Positions 37,446-46,679 of a stretch of 64,000 bases of DNA are shown piece by piece. Within the stretch, counting starts at the first letter, position 1. Each line of letters starts with the position of its first letter. Source of the DNA: Mycobacteriales bacterium. GTDB taxonomy: Bacteria > Actinomycetota > Actinomycetes > JAFAQI01 > DASSKL01. Made by a program: the position numbers and the translations under genes. The DNA lies in contig DASSKL010000008.1 in the NCBI GenBank assembly GCA_035690485.1, positions 62,586 to 126,585 on the forward strand, given 5' to 3'. A model generated the notes under the pieces. It did not search any database. It worked only from the letters and a program-made list of their open reading frames with translations, and had not been told where the DNA came from.

Positions 37446-38765
37446 TCAGAAGAACTTCGGGTCCTGGGCGCTGCCCGGCACGAGCACCTCGGCGAACTGC
37501 TGGCCCGAACCCGTCTTCCGCAGGATCGACACGCAGGGCCCCGGCGCCGCGGCCGGCAGCGCCGCGCAGCCAGGCAGCAGACCGACGTACGACGTGCCGG
37601 CGTGGGTTGCCGGCACCAGGGCGCCCTGCCCGTCGGCGGCCTGGAAGGCGTACGGCGCCTGCATGCACACGGGCCACTGCGACGCGCCGTTGTTGGTCTC
37701 CTGCTGGGTGAACTCCTTGGTCCACGTGAGGTCCACCGTCTTTGCGGAGTCGGACATCACCGTGACCTCGACGCCGCTCGGACGCGCCAGACCGGCGCAG
37801 GGTGCGGCACTGTCGACCAGCCCCAGCGAGATCGTCGAGGGGGTGTCGGCCGACGCGCTCACGGTCGACATCGGCTGACCGGTGAGCGTCAACGTGCAGG
37901 GCGACTGGTCGGGCGGGCAGGTCTTCTGCGCGAGGGGCGCGGTGACGACCGCCGGTTGGGAGACGAACCGGTTCGGCAGCCAGCCCTGCTCCACCCCGAG
38001 CTCGATCAGCCGGGAGAGGAAGCCCGCCATCTCGTCGCGCTGCACGCCCTGGTCCTGGTTCGACAGCGTGCCGCCGGCCAAGCCCGGCGCGCCGACGAAG
38101 AGCCCCAGACCCGCGACGGCGTTGAGGTAGGGGTTCTCGAAGACCCCGCCGTCGTCGTCGGCGAAGTAGTCCTGACCGGACGCTGCGGGCGTCGCGCCCG
38201 AGAAGACCTTCAGCGCGTTGTAGATGAACTTCGACATCTCTCCACGGGAGACGATCGCGTCGGGTGCGTAGCTCCCGTCCGCATAGCCGCTGACCATCCC
38301 CGCGTTGGTGAGCGCGTCGACCGCGCTCCGGAACTGCTGCGGGATGCCGGCCGCGTCGGTGTAGCTCGTCGCGGGTGCGGCCGTCGACCAGGCATGACCG
38401 GCCGCGGTGCCCAACCGGTAGAAGAATGCCGCCATCTGGTCACGCAGCACCGGCGCCGTCGGGGCGTAGGTCGTCGCCGAGGTGCCGTCGGTGACGCCGT
38501 AATCGGCGGCACAGTAGATCTGCAGCCGGAAGAAGTCTCTGTCGACGTCCGTGAAGCCCGGGTTGGTCAGCGAGGCAGGGGGGCAGGCTGTGCCGGTGTC
38601 GATGGGAGCGGGCGGCAGGGCCGTCTGGTTGCCGGGAAAGCTGCCCGAAGCCCACGCCGAGCTGATCGGGCTGACCCCCAGGGCGACGACCAGGGTGCCC
38701 GCAAGGACCCCCGCGGCCGCGGCCGGCAGCACGCCACGCGCGCTCGACCTCCGAACGAGCTTCAT
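37446..38765 (-). CDS. Secreted protein with three SLH (S-layer homology) repeats and the shared C-terminal QDPKFF domain
   Basis: Start MKLVRRSSARGVLPAAAAGVLAGTLVVALGVSPISSAWA, preceded by GGGGGGA. Three ~50-aa repeats fit SLH (FTDVDRDFFRLQIYCAADYGVTDG...PVLRDQMAAFFYRL, YTDAAGIPQQFRSAVDALTNAGMVSGYADGSYAPDAIVSRGEMSKFIYNAL, and a third ending QRDEMAGFLSRLIEL). Confidence 0.7.
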   Translation of the reverse strand: MKLVRRSSARGVLPAAAAGVLAGTLVVALGVSPISSAWASGSFPGNQTALPPAPIDTGTACPPASLTNPGFTDVDRDFFRLQIYCAADYGVTDGTSATTYAPTAPVLRDQMAAFFYRLGTAAGHAWSTAAPATSYTDAAGIPQQFRSAVDALTNAGMVSGYADGSYAPDAIVSRGEMSKFIYNALKVFSGATPAASGQDYFADDDGGVFENPYLNAVAGLGLFVGAPGLAGGTLSNQDQGVQRDEMAGFLSRLIELGVEQGWLPNRFVSQPAVVTAPLAQKTCPPDQSPCTLTLTGQPMSTVSASADTPSTISLGLVDSAAPCAGLARPSGVEVTVMSDSAKTVDLTWTKEFTQQETNNGASQWPVCMQAPYAFQAADGQGALVPATHAGTSYVGLLPGCAALPAAAPGPCVSILRKTGSGQQFAEVLVPGSAQDPKFF

Positions 38766-38928
38766 GCAAGTCCCCCCTACCGGGGAGCGTGGGCCGCACC
38801 CCAGAGGCATCCTCAGGTCTCGGTGATCACCGCACAACCGAAACGCAGAAGACGCCGCCTCAGACCGGGGCAATCGACCGCACCGCCGGACGAGTCAGGC
38901 GCACCGGGCGATCCCGCCCGGCAAAGTC

Positions 38929-40671
38929 CTAACCCGCGCTGGACTCGGGGAACACCTGCTCGGCTACCGCGGCCTGCTCGGGCACCGCGACGGAGGGACG
39001 GTAGGTGGGGTGCGTGCGCTCGAGCTGTCGGCGTACACCGCTGACGGTCGCGGGCGAGAGCGGCGCCTCGTTGAGCGCATTGAGGAACTCGTCGCCGGCG
39101 ATGCGCAGCAGCCGGCAGCCGTCGCCTGCCCGCACGGTCGCGGTCCGGGGGATGCGTTCCAGCAGGCCGATCTCGCCGAAGTACGCCGGCGCCTCGAGCA
39201 TCCGCAGGAACTGCTCGCTGACCCCCTCGCCGCGAGCCGACACCTGGACCGACCCGTCGAGCAGGACGTACAGGTCGTCGGCGGCCTCCCCCTCGGTGAC
39301 GATCGGGAGGCCGGGCTCCACCAGCATGTCGCTCCCGGTGCGGGCCAACCGCTCCAACACCGGACGGGAGGCCGAGGCAAAGATGCCGAGCCGTTGGAGC
39401 ACCGCGATCCGCGGTTCCAGGGTCTGCAGCAGGTGCACCGCCTCGCGGTCCATGCCGGCGAGCATCGGGTAGCAGCCGACGACGAGCAGCGGCAGCGCGG
39501 CGCCGTAGACGAGCAACGTGCCGTTGGTGCCCAGACCGTGCAGCAGCGCCGGGGTGATCAGGGCACCGATGGAGATCCCGCCGAGCACGAGGGCCCAGAA
39601 GGCGCCGAACACCCGGGCGATCAGGTCGGGTGCCAACGTGCGCTGCAGCGCGGTGATGGCGAGGGTGTCGACGACGAGCGTGCCACCGCCCCGGATGACC
39701 TGCAGCACGAACGCGATCTCCGGCGAGTGCACCGTGGCCATCACGGCGGTGGGCACGCAGTACACCGCCATCCCGCCGACGATCATCAGCGCCAGCCGCG
39801 GCGAGGCGGCCAGCCGGTTGACCAGCCCGGCGGCGAGGACACCGCCGACGCCGAGCGCGGCCAGCAGGTAGCCGTAGCCGTCCTCGCCAGTTCCGAGCCT
39901 GGTCTTGCTCAGCACGGCGAACAGCACCGTGTCCGTGCCGTAGAAGAAGCTGGCCAGCACGCTGAACCACACGAGGATCGCGGTGCGGCGGGAGGCGACG
40001 ATTGCCCGGTAGCCCACGCGGATCTGCTGCAGCGGCCCGCCGTCCTGGGTCACGTCCGTGGGCACGCTGCGGACGCCGGCACGGCTGACCAGCGCTGCGG
40101 AGACCACGAACGTGCCCGCGTTGAAGGCGATGACGCCGGCCGGGCTCACCGCCGCGAGCATCGCCCCGCCCAGCGCAGGGCCGACGAGGATCGTCAGGTT
40201 GTCGATCGTGCCCTTGAGACCGTTGGCCGCCGCCAGGTCCTTCTCGCCGACGACCTGTGGGATCAGCGCGGACGTCGCGGGGTCGTACGCCGACATCAGG
40301 ATCGAGTTGAGCGCGCCGATCGCGATGACGACGGCCGAGTGCGCGTGCAGGGCCATGGCGGTCGCCATCGCCGCCATCAACCCCGTCGCCGTCAGGTCGC
40401 AGGTGACCAGCACCCGCACCCGTTCGAAGCGCTCGGCGACGACGCCGGCGTAGGAGCTGAAGAGCAGGGCGCTGAGGAACCTGCCGAGGGTGGCCGCGGC
40501 CACCCACGCCGGGGAGTGCGTCTGCTGGTAGACGTAGACCACGAGCGCGACGTTGTAGGCCCAGCTGCCGGTTGCGGAGACGGCGAGGGCGCCGCTGAGC
40601 AGGCGGAAGTCCCGATGCCGCAGTGCACCGCGGTAGGTCCCCCGAGCCTGCCCGGCTACATCCGCGGTCAT
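38929..40671 (-). CDS. MFS transporter fused to a C-terminal cyclic-nucleotide-binding (CAP-family) domain
   Basis: About 12 TM in the first ~430 aa. The C-terminal ~130 aa carry the cNMP motifs FGEIGLL and RTATVRA. ATGA overlap with the upstream MBL gene at 40668..40671. Confidence 0.8.
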   Translation of the reverse strand: MTADVAGQARGTYRGALRHRDFRLLSGALAVSATGSWAYNVALVVYVYQQTHSPAWVAAATLGRFLSALLFSSYAGVVAERFERVRVLVTCDLTATGLMAAMATAMALHAHSAVVIAIGALNSILMSAYDPATSALIPQVVGEKDLAAANGLKGTIDNLTILVGPALGGAMLAAVSPAGVIAFNAGTFVVSAALVSRAGVRSVPTDVTQDGGPLQQIRVGYRAIVASRRTAILVWFSVLASFFYGTDTVLFAVLSKTRLGTGEDGYGYLLAALGVGGVLAAGLVNRLAASPRLALMIVGGMAVYCVPTAVMATVHSPEIAFVLQVIRGGGTLVVDTLAITALQRTLAPDLIARVFGAFWALVLGGISIGALITPALLHGLGTNGTLLVYGAALPLLVVGCYPMLAGMDREAVHLLQTLEPRIAVLQRLGIFASASRPVLERLARTGSDMLVEPGLPIVTEGEAADDLYVLLDGSVQVSARGEGVSEQFLRMLEAPAYFGEIGLLERIPRTATVRAGDGCRLLRIAGDEFLNALNEAPLSPATVSGVRRQLERTHPTYRPSVAVPEQAAVAEQVFPESSAG

Positions 40672-41558
40672 AGCGCAGCCACCTCTCCGATAGCGGGTGC
40701 GACCGGGGCGGCGCTCGGGGCCGCGGGAAGGTCGAACACCCGACCCTGCCGGCCGGCCTCGACCGGCACGGCGGCCCCGCGCTGCCCGGCGACGATGTCG
40801 TCTATCTGGTCGTCGGTGCGGGTCGGGTCGTGGTGGAACAGCACCAGCCGGCCGACGCCGGCCGACTCGGCCAGGCGGACGGCGTACTCCACGGTCGAGT
40901 GGCCGAGGAAGGCCAGCCGCGGGAACTCCGCCGCGACGTGCTGCGCGTCGTGGACGAGCACGTCGGCGCCGTCGGCCAGCTCCAGCGCGGCGTCGTGCAG
41001 GACCCCGTCACCCTGCTCCCCTGGCGACCAGGCGCTGGGCCCGTGGTCGGTGACGTAGGCAAGGGTCGACCTGCCGTCGGTGATCCGGTAGCCGATCGTG
41101 CGGCCGCCCTTGTGCGGGATCTCCCGCACCAGCACGTCGAAGCCCTCGACGCAGAGGCGCCCCGGCTCGATCCAGTCGAAGGTCCACCCGTCGCCGAGCT
41201 GCTCGGGCGTGATCGGGAAGTACGGCGGCCGCATGATGCCCGACAGCACCTCGACCGGGTCGCCGGGCTGTGCGGGCCCGCGCACGTCGACACGGGCGCC
41301 CGGCAGGAAGCCCGCACCGAAGAACGGCAGGCCCTGCCAGTGGTCCCAGTGCAGGTGGGTCAGCAGGATCGTGCCGGCGAACGGCTGCCCGCCGAGCAGC
41401 GCGGGCACCTCGCGCAGGCCGGTGCCGGCGTCGAGCAGCAGCGTCGGCGCTGCACCGTCGGCCGCCACGGCCACGCAGGAGGTGTGACCTCCGTAGCGGT
41501 CGTAGGCCGGGCCGGGCGCGGGCGTCGAGCCGCGGACACCGCACAGCCGCACCCGCAT
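40668..41558 (-). CDS. MBL-fold metallo-hydrolase
   Basis: HxHxDH motif LLTHLHWDHWQG and further His/Asp positions (HDAQH, HHD). 296 aa. Confidence 0.8.
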   Translation of the reverse strand: MRVRLCGVRGSTPAPGPAYDRYGGHTSCVAVAADGAAPTLLLDAGTGLREVPALLGGQPFAGTILLTHLHWDHWQGLPFFGAGFLPGARVDVRGPAQPGDPVEVLSGIMRPPYFPITPEQLGDGWTFDWIEPGRLCVEGFDVLVREIPHKGGRTIGYRITDGRSTLAYVTDHGPSAWSPGEQGDGVLHDAALELADGADVLVHDAQHVAAEFPRLAFLGHSTVEYAVRLAESAGVGRLVLFHHDPTRTDDQIDDIVAGQRGAAVPVEAGRQGRVFDLPAAPSAAPVAPAIGEVAAL

Positions 41559-41648
41559 GACGCCCCCCTCGTGCGCCGCCTGCGCACTCGCTCATCGAAT
41601 CGGTCCTGGGACGGGGCGGCAACCGAAACGGCCGAATTCGCGACCGGG

Positions 41649-44624
41649 TCAGCCGTAGAAGAGCCGCTCGACGACCGTGCGCGCGTGCCGGGTCACCCGG
41701 CGGTAGTCCTCGACCAGCTCGCCGCCCGACTCGCCCGGCCGGCCGACCAGCCGCGCGACCCCCGAGAGCACCCGGCTGTCGCTCGGCACGGTGTCGGAGG
41801 GCCGGCCGCGGACGAGCATCACGGCGTTGCGGATGCGCGACGCCGTCCGCCAAGCGTCCTCGAGCACCTGCGCGTCGGCGCCGTCCAGCAGCCCGGTCTC
41901 CCGGGCGACCTCCAGCGCACGCAGCGTCGAGGTCGTGCGCAGGGCGGGCACGTCGTGCGCGTGGCGCAGCTGCAGCAGCTGAGAGGTCCACTCGACGTCG
42001 GAGAGCCCGCCGCGCCCGAGCTTCAGGTGCAGAGCCGCATCGGCACCGCGCGGGATGCGTTCGGACTCCATCCGCGCCTTGAGCCGTTTGATCTCCCGTT
42101 CGGCCGCGGCGTCGAGCCCTTCGGCGGGGTAGCGCAGCGGGTCGACCAGTGCGGCGAACCGGGCGCCGAGCTCGGCGTCACCCGCGACGAAGCACGCGCG
42201 CAGCAGGGCCTGGCTCTCCCACACCGACGACCAGCGCCGGTAGTACTCCGCGTAGGAGGCGAGGCTGCGCACCAGCGGCCCCTGCTTGCCTTCCGGCCGC
42301 AGGCCCGCGTCGACGACCAATGGCGGATCGGGCGCGGGCACCGCGAGCAGGCGGCGCATCTCCTCGGCCACGTCGTGCGCGGCCTGGGTCGCCGCCGGGT
42401 CGTCGGGGCCGTCGTAGACGAACAGCACGTCGGCGTCGCTGCCGTAGCCCTGCTCGCCGCCGCCGAGCCGCCCCAGGCCGATGACCGCGAGCCGCACGCC
42501 GAGCGCCCGCCGGCGATCCCCCGCCACCTCGCGCAGCGCCGTGTCGAGGGCCGCGGACAGCGTCGCCGCCACGACGTCGGTGAGGGCCGCGCCGACCTGC
42601 TCGACGTCGAGCCGTCCCAGCACGTCGGCGCTGCCGATGCGCACCAGCTCCTGACGGCGCAGCCCGCGGGCCGCGGCGACAGCGCTCTCCCAGTTGTCGT
42701 TGCGGCGCACGGCGGAGAGCAGCTCCGCCTCGAGCGCCTCGCGCGGCCGCGGCGTGAGCTCCTCCTCGTCGGCGAGCAGCGCCACCGCGGACGGTGCGCG
42801 GCCAAGCAGGTCGGCGACGAACCTGCTGGTGGCCAGGAGCCGCGCCAGCCGTTCGGCCGTGGCGCCCTCGTCGCGCAGCAGCCGCAGGTACCACGGCGTG
42901 GACCCCAGCGACTCGCTGACCTGACGGAAGGACAGCAGCCCCGCGTCAGGGTCGGGCGCGTCGGCGAACCAGCCGAGCATCGCCGGCAGCAAGGTGCGCT
43001 GGATCGCGGCTCGTCGACTGACGCCGGTCGCCAGCGCCTCGATGTGACGCAAGGCGGCGGCGGGATCGGCGAAGCCCAACGCCTCGAGCCGGTGTCGCGC
43101 GGCATCGGTGGTGAGACGGGTCTCCTCGGTCGGCAGCCGGGCCACGGCCGAGAGCAGCGGCCGGTAGAACAGCTTCTCGTGCAGCCGCCGGACCTCGCGG
43201 GCATGGGTCGCGCGGTCCTGCTCGAACTCCGCGACCGGGTCGCGGCGGTAGCCCAGGGAGCGTGCCAGCCAGCGCAGGTCGCGCCCGCCGGTCGGCACCG
43301 TGTGGGTACGCCGCAGCCGTTGCAGCTGCAGCCGGTGCTCCGTCGTACGGAGGAAGCGGTAGGCCGCCGCCAGCGCACGCGCGTCGTCGCGACCGACGTA
43401 ACCGCCGTCGGCGAGGGCCGCCAACGCCACCAGCGTGGTGCCGCTGCGCAGCGACTCGTCGCCGCGGCCGTGCACCAGCTGCAGCAGCTGCACCGCGAAC
43501 TCCACGTCGCGCAGGCCACCCGGACCGAGCTTGATCTCGCGGTCGGCCTCCGCACGCGACACGTGTTCGACGACCCGCCGCCGCATGGCCTGCACGTCCT
43601 CGACGAAGTGCGGCCGCTCCCCCGCCGTCCAGACCAGCGGCCGCACTATGTCGGCGAACTCACGTCCGAGCGCAAGGTCGCCGGCGACCGGCCGCGCCTT
43701 CAGCAGCGCCTGGAACTCCCACGTCTTCGCCCACCGCTTGTAGTAGGCCTCGTGGCTGGCGAGCGTGCGGACGAGCGGCCCCGCCTTGCCCTCGGGTCGC
43801 AGCGCCGCGTCGACCGGCCAGATCGCCCCCTCGGCGGTGATCCGGGAGCAGGCCCGCATCATGCCGCGGGCGAGCAGCGTCGCGGTCCGTAGCGCGGCGT
43901 CCTCGTCGACGCCGTCGGCGGGTTCGGCGACGAAGAGCACGTCGACGTCGCTGACGTAGTTGAGCTCCCGGCCGCCGCACTTGCCCATGCCGATGACCGC
44001 GAGGCGGCAGGGGACGGCGTCGTGGGGCAGCTCCGCGTGGGCGACGGCCAACGCCGCCCGCAGCACCGCAGCGGCGAGGTCGGCAAGCTCGCCGGCGACA
44101 TCCTCGACGGCCAGCCCGGCCGCGATGTCGCGGGCGGCCAGGGTCAGCAGCGCGCGGCGGTAGGCGACCCGAAGGGCGTCGTAGGTCGCCGGCGACGCGT
44201 CCCGTGCGGGCTCGTCCGGGCCCGCGGCGCCGACCGCCGCGAGCAGCTGAGCCTGCAGCCCCAGCACCGTGGGCCGGCTGGCGAGCACCGCGTCGTCGAC
44301 GAGGACCTGCCAGTCTCCGGGGTGCCGGACCAGGTGCTCGCCGAGCGCGCTGCTGACACCGAGCACGCCGGTGAGCCGCCGCCGAAACCCCCCGTCGGCG
44401 CGCAGATGCTGCCGCAGGTCGGGACCGCTCGCCGCCTCGACGATGCGCACCAGCGAGGCGAGCGCGACGTCGGGGTCCGCCGCGTCGGCGAGCGCGTCGG
44501 CGACCGGCCCGTCGGGCACCAGCCCGACCGACGTCAGCAGCTGCGCGGCGCGGTCGGGGTCGAGGAAGCCGGCCCGCGCCAGCGCTCCCTCGTCGGTGGC
44601 GCCACGGCCGAGCTCGGCGGCCAC
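41649..44624 (-). CDS. glnE: Bifunctional glutamine synthetase adenylyltransferase/adenylyl-removing enzyme GlnE
   Basis: 991 aa with two nucleotidyltransferase domains (GKCGGRELNYVSDVDVLFV and GRLGGGEQGYGSDADVLFV) and GlnE-specific linker regions. Confidence 0.9.
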   Translation of the reverse strand: MAAELGRGATDEGALARAGFLDPDRAAQLLTSVGLVPDGPVADALADAADPDVALASLVRIVEAASGPDLRQHLRADGGFRRRLTGVLGVSSALGEHLVRHPGDWQVLVDDAVLASRPTVLGLQAQLLAAVGAAGPDEPARDASPATYDALRVAYRRALLTLAARDIAAGLAVEDVAGELADLAAAVLRAALAVAHAELPHDAVPCRLAVIGMGKCGGRELNYVSDVDVLFVAEPADGVDEDAALRTATLLARGMMRACSRITAEGAIWPVDAALRPEGKAGPLVRTLASHEAYYKRWAKTWEFQALLKARPVAGDLALGREFADIVRPLVWTAGERPHFVEDVQAMRRRVVEHVSRAEADREIKLGPGGLRDVEFAVQLLQLVHGRGDESLRSGTTLVALAALADGGYVGRDDARALAAAYRFLRTTEHRLQLQRLRRTHTVPTGGRDLRWLARSLGYRRDPVAEFEQDRATHAREVRRLHEKLFYRPLLSAVARLPTEETRLTTDAARHRLEALGFADPAAALRHIEALATGVSRRAAIQRTLLPAMLGWFADAPDPDAGLLSFRQVSESLGSTPWYLRLLRDEGATAERLARLLATSRFVADLLGRAPSAVALLADEEELTPRPREALEAELLSAVRRNDNWESAVAAARGLRRQELVRIGSADVLGRLDVEQVGAALTDVVAATLSAALDTALREVAGDRRRALGVRLAVIGLGRLGGGEQGYGSDADVLFVYDGPDDPAATQAAHDVAEEMRRLLAVPAPDPPLVVDAGLRPEGKQGPLVRSLASYAEYYRRWSSVWESQALLRACFVAGDAELGARFAALVDPLRYPAEGLDAAAEREIKRLKARMESERIPRGADAALHLKLGRGGLSDVEWTSQLLQLRHAHDVPALRTTSTLRALEVARETGLLDGADAQVLEDAWRTASRIRNAVMLVRGRPSDTVPSDSRVLSGVARLVGRPGESGGELVEDYRRVTRHARTVVERLFYG

Positions 44625-44627
44625 CCG

Positions 44628-45968
44628 TCAGAGCACCGGCAGGTAGCGCTCGAGCTCGAACGGCGTGACCTGCTGCCGGTAGTCGTCCCACTCCGCCCGC
44701 TTGTTGCGCAGGAAGAAGTCGAAGACGTGCTCACCGAGCGTCTCGGCGACCAGCTCCGAGCGCTCCATGACCGAGATGGCCTCCGACAGCGACTGGGGCA
44801 GCGGCTGGATGCCCAGGGCGCGGCGCTCCGGGTCGGTCAGAGACCAGACGTCGTCCTCGGCCCCGTCGGGGAGGTCGTAACCCTTCTCGATGCCCTCGAG
44901 CCCGGCCGCCAGCAACACGGCGAAGGTCAGGTAGGGGTTGCACGCGGAGTCGGGCGAGCGCACCTCCACGCGAGTGGCGGCGTCCTTGTGCGGCTTGTAC
45001 ATCGGCACCCGCACCAGCGCCGAGCGGTTGTTGTGGCCCCAGCAGATCCACGCCGGAGCCTCGCCGCCGCCGAACAGGCGCTTGTAGGAGTTGACCCACT
45101 GGTTGGTCACCGCGGTGATCTCGGCGGCGTGGGTCAGCAGCCCCGCGATGAACGCCTTGCCGGTCTTGCTGAGCATGTAGGGGTCGCTGGCCTCGTGAAA
45201 CGCGTTGCGATCGCCCTCGAACAGCGACAGGTGCGTGTGCAGGCCGCTGCCGGGCTGGCCGGTGTAGGGCTTCGGCATGAACGACGCGAAGACGCCCTGC
45301 TCGATCGCGACCTCCTTGACGACCAGCCGCAGCGTCATCAGGTTGTCGGCGGTGGTCAGGGCGTCGGCGTAGCGCAGGTCGATCTCCTGCTGTCCCGGCG
45401 CGACCTCGTGGTGGCTGAACTCCACCGAGATGCCCATCTGCTCGAGCATCGTGATCGCGAGCCGCCGGAAGTCGTGGCCGAGATCGTGCGGCGTCTGGTC
45501 GAAGTAGCCGCCGGCGTCGATCGGCGCGGGCAACGACGCGTCGCCGTTGGGGCGTTGCCGCATCAGGAAGAACTCGACCTCGGGGTGCGTGTAGAAGGTG
45601 AATCCCAGGTCGGCCGCACGCTGCATGGCGCGCCGCAGGACGTGGCGCGGGTCGGCGTACGACGGAGTGCCGTCCGGCATCAGGATGTCGCAGAACATCC
45701 GCGCGGTGCCGGGGTGCTCGACCCGCCACGGCAGCACCTGGAACGTCGACGGGTCGGGTCGGGCCAGCATGTCCGACTCGTGCACCCGGGTGAATCCCTC
45801 GATCGCCGACCCGTCGAAGCCGATGCCCTCCCCGAAGGCGCCCTCGAGCTCGGCCGGGGCGATCGCGACGGACTTCAGGAAACCGAGCACGTCGGTGAAC
45901 CAGAGCCGGATGAACCGGATGTCGCGCTCCTCGATCGTGCGGAGCACGAACTCCTGCTGCCTGTCCAT
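44628..45968 (-). CDS. glnA2: Glutamine synthetase GlnA2-like (GSI-type, 446 aa)
   Basis: MDRQQEFVLRTIEERDIRFIRLWFTDVLG... and GS catalytic motifs. It sits immediately downstream of glnE, as in mycobacteria. Confidence 0.9.
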   Translation of the reverse strand: MDRQQEFVLRTIEERDIRFIRLWFTDVLGFLKSVAIAPAELEGAFGEGIGFDGSAIEGFTRVHESDMLARPDPSTFQVLPWRVEHPGTARMFCDILMPDGTPSYADPRHVLRRAMQRAADLGFTFYTHPEVEFFLMRQRPNGDASLPAPIDAGGYFDQTPHDLGHDFRRLAITMLEQMGISVEFSHHEVAPGQQEIDLRYADALTTADNLMTLRLVVKEVAIEQGVFASFMPKPYTGQPGSGLHTHLSLFEGDRNAFHEASDPYMLSKTGKAFIAGLLTHAAEITAVTNQWVNSYKRLFGGGEAPAWICWGHNNRSALVRVPMYKPHKDAATRVEVRSPDSACNPYLTFAVLLAAGLEGIEKGYDLPDGAEDDVWSLTDPERRALGIQPLPQSLSEAISVMERSELVAETLGEHVFDFFLRNKRAEWDDYRQQVTPFELERYLPVL

Positions 45969-46067
45969 GGCGGCAGCGTACGGCCGGAAGATGTCAGCAG
46001 TGTGTCGCCACCCGGCTACCCCGAAGCGCTCCTAAACTGCGGGCGCCCCTGCCTGGCTAGTCCTGGA

Positions 46068-46670
46068 GTGCACCCTTTGCTCCGCCTTCCCCGGCTCGGC
46101 CTGCCCATGGTCGCGCTGCTGGTGAGCCTGCCGGTCGTCGGCGCGCTGGCGATCGGGTGCGCGAGCGACAGCGACGCCGGTGCCCAGAGCGGCGGCCGCG
46201 CCGCGAAGCCGCTGACCTCGGTCGGGTGGTCGTCGTTCACCTACCCCTCGGCCTGCTTCACGACCGGCAGCCCGGAGCCGGTGCCCGTGCACGGCGGCAA
46301 GGCGACCGGCCCCGACGGCATCATCACGATGAGCGTGGCCGCGCCGGTCTTCGGTGACGTCAACGGCGACGGGGTGCCCGACGCCGCGATCACCTACCGC
46401 TGCATCGGCGCGAACGCGAGTCCTGACACGCTGCTGGTCTACGTCGCGACCGAGGCCGGTCCTCGGCTGGTGGCCACGCTGCTGCGTGGGCAAGAGATCT
46501 ACGTGCAGCAGATCCGCCCGACGGGCACCGGCCTGACCGTGACCGGCATCGGCTACAGCGCCGGCGCGCCGCACTGCTGCCCCGACGAGAACGTGCGCCT
46601 CGACTACCGCTGGTCGCATGGCGGTCTCGTGCTCGACCGGCAGCAGCGCACCCCGCGACCTCAGTCATAG
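46068..46670 (+). CDS. Putative lipoprotein
   Basis: Leader ...RLPRLGLPMVALLVSLPVVGALAIGCAS (lipobox IGC). Two Cys-containing motifs later. The start is uncertain (GTG 46068 or ATG 46107). It is the 3' end of the artefactual 882-aa ORF 44022..46670. Confidence 0.5.
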   Translation: MHPLLRLPRLGLPMVALLVSLPVVGALAIGCASDSDAGAQSGGRAAKPLTSVGWSSFTYPSACFTTGSPEPVPVHGGKATGPDGIITMSVAAPVFGDVNGDGVPDAAITYRCIGANASPDTLLVYVATEAGPRLVATLLRGQEIYVQQIRPTGTGLTVTGIGYSAGAPHCCPDENVRLDYRWSHGGLVLDRQQRTPRPQS

Positions 46671-46679
46671 GGTCTTGCC

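Noticed and set aside
40830-43892. 1020-aa + strand ORF, with 39010..41058 likewise
   Set aside because: These are antisense to glnE, the MBL gene and the MFS-cNMP gene. The translations are low-complexity and rich in Arg, Gly and Ala.
44022-46670. 882-aa + strand ORF
   Set aside because: It is antisense to glnE and glnA2 for most of its length. Only the last ~200 codons (46068..46670, putative lipoprotein) are plausibly coding.
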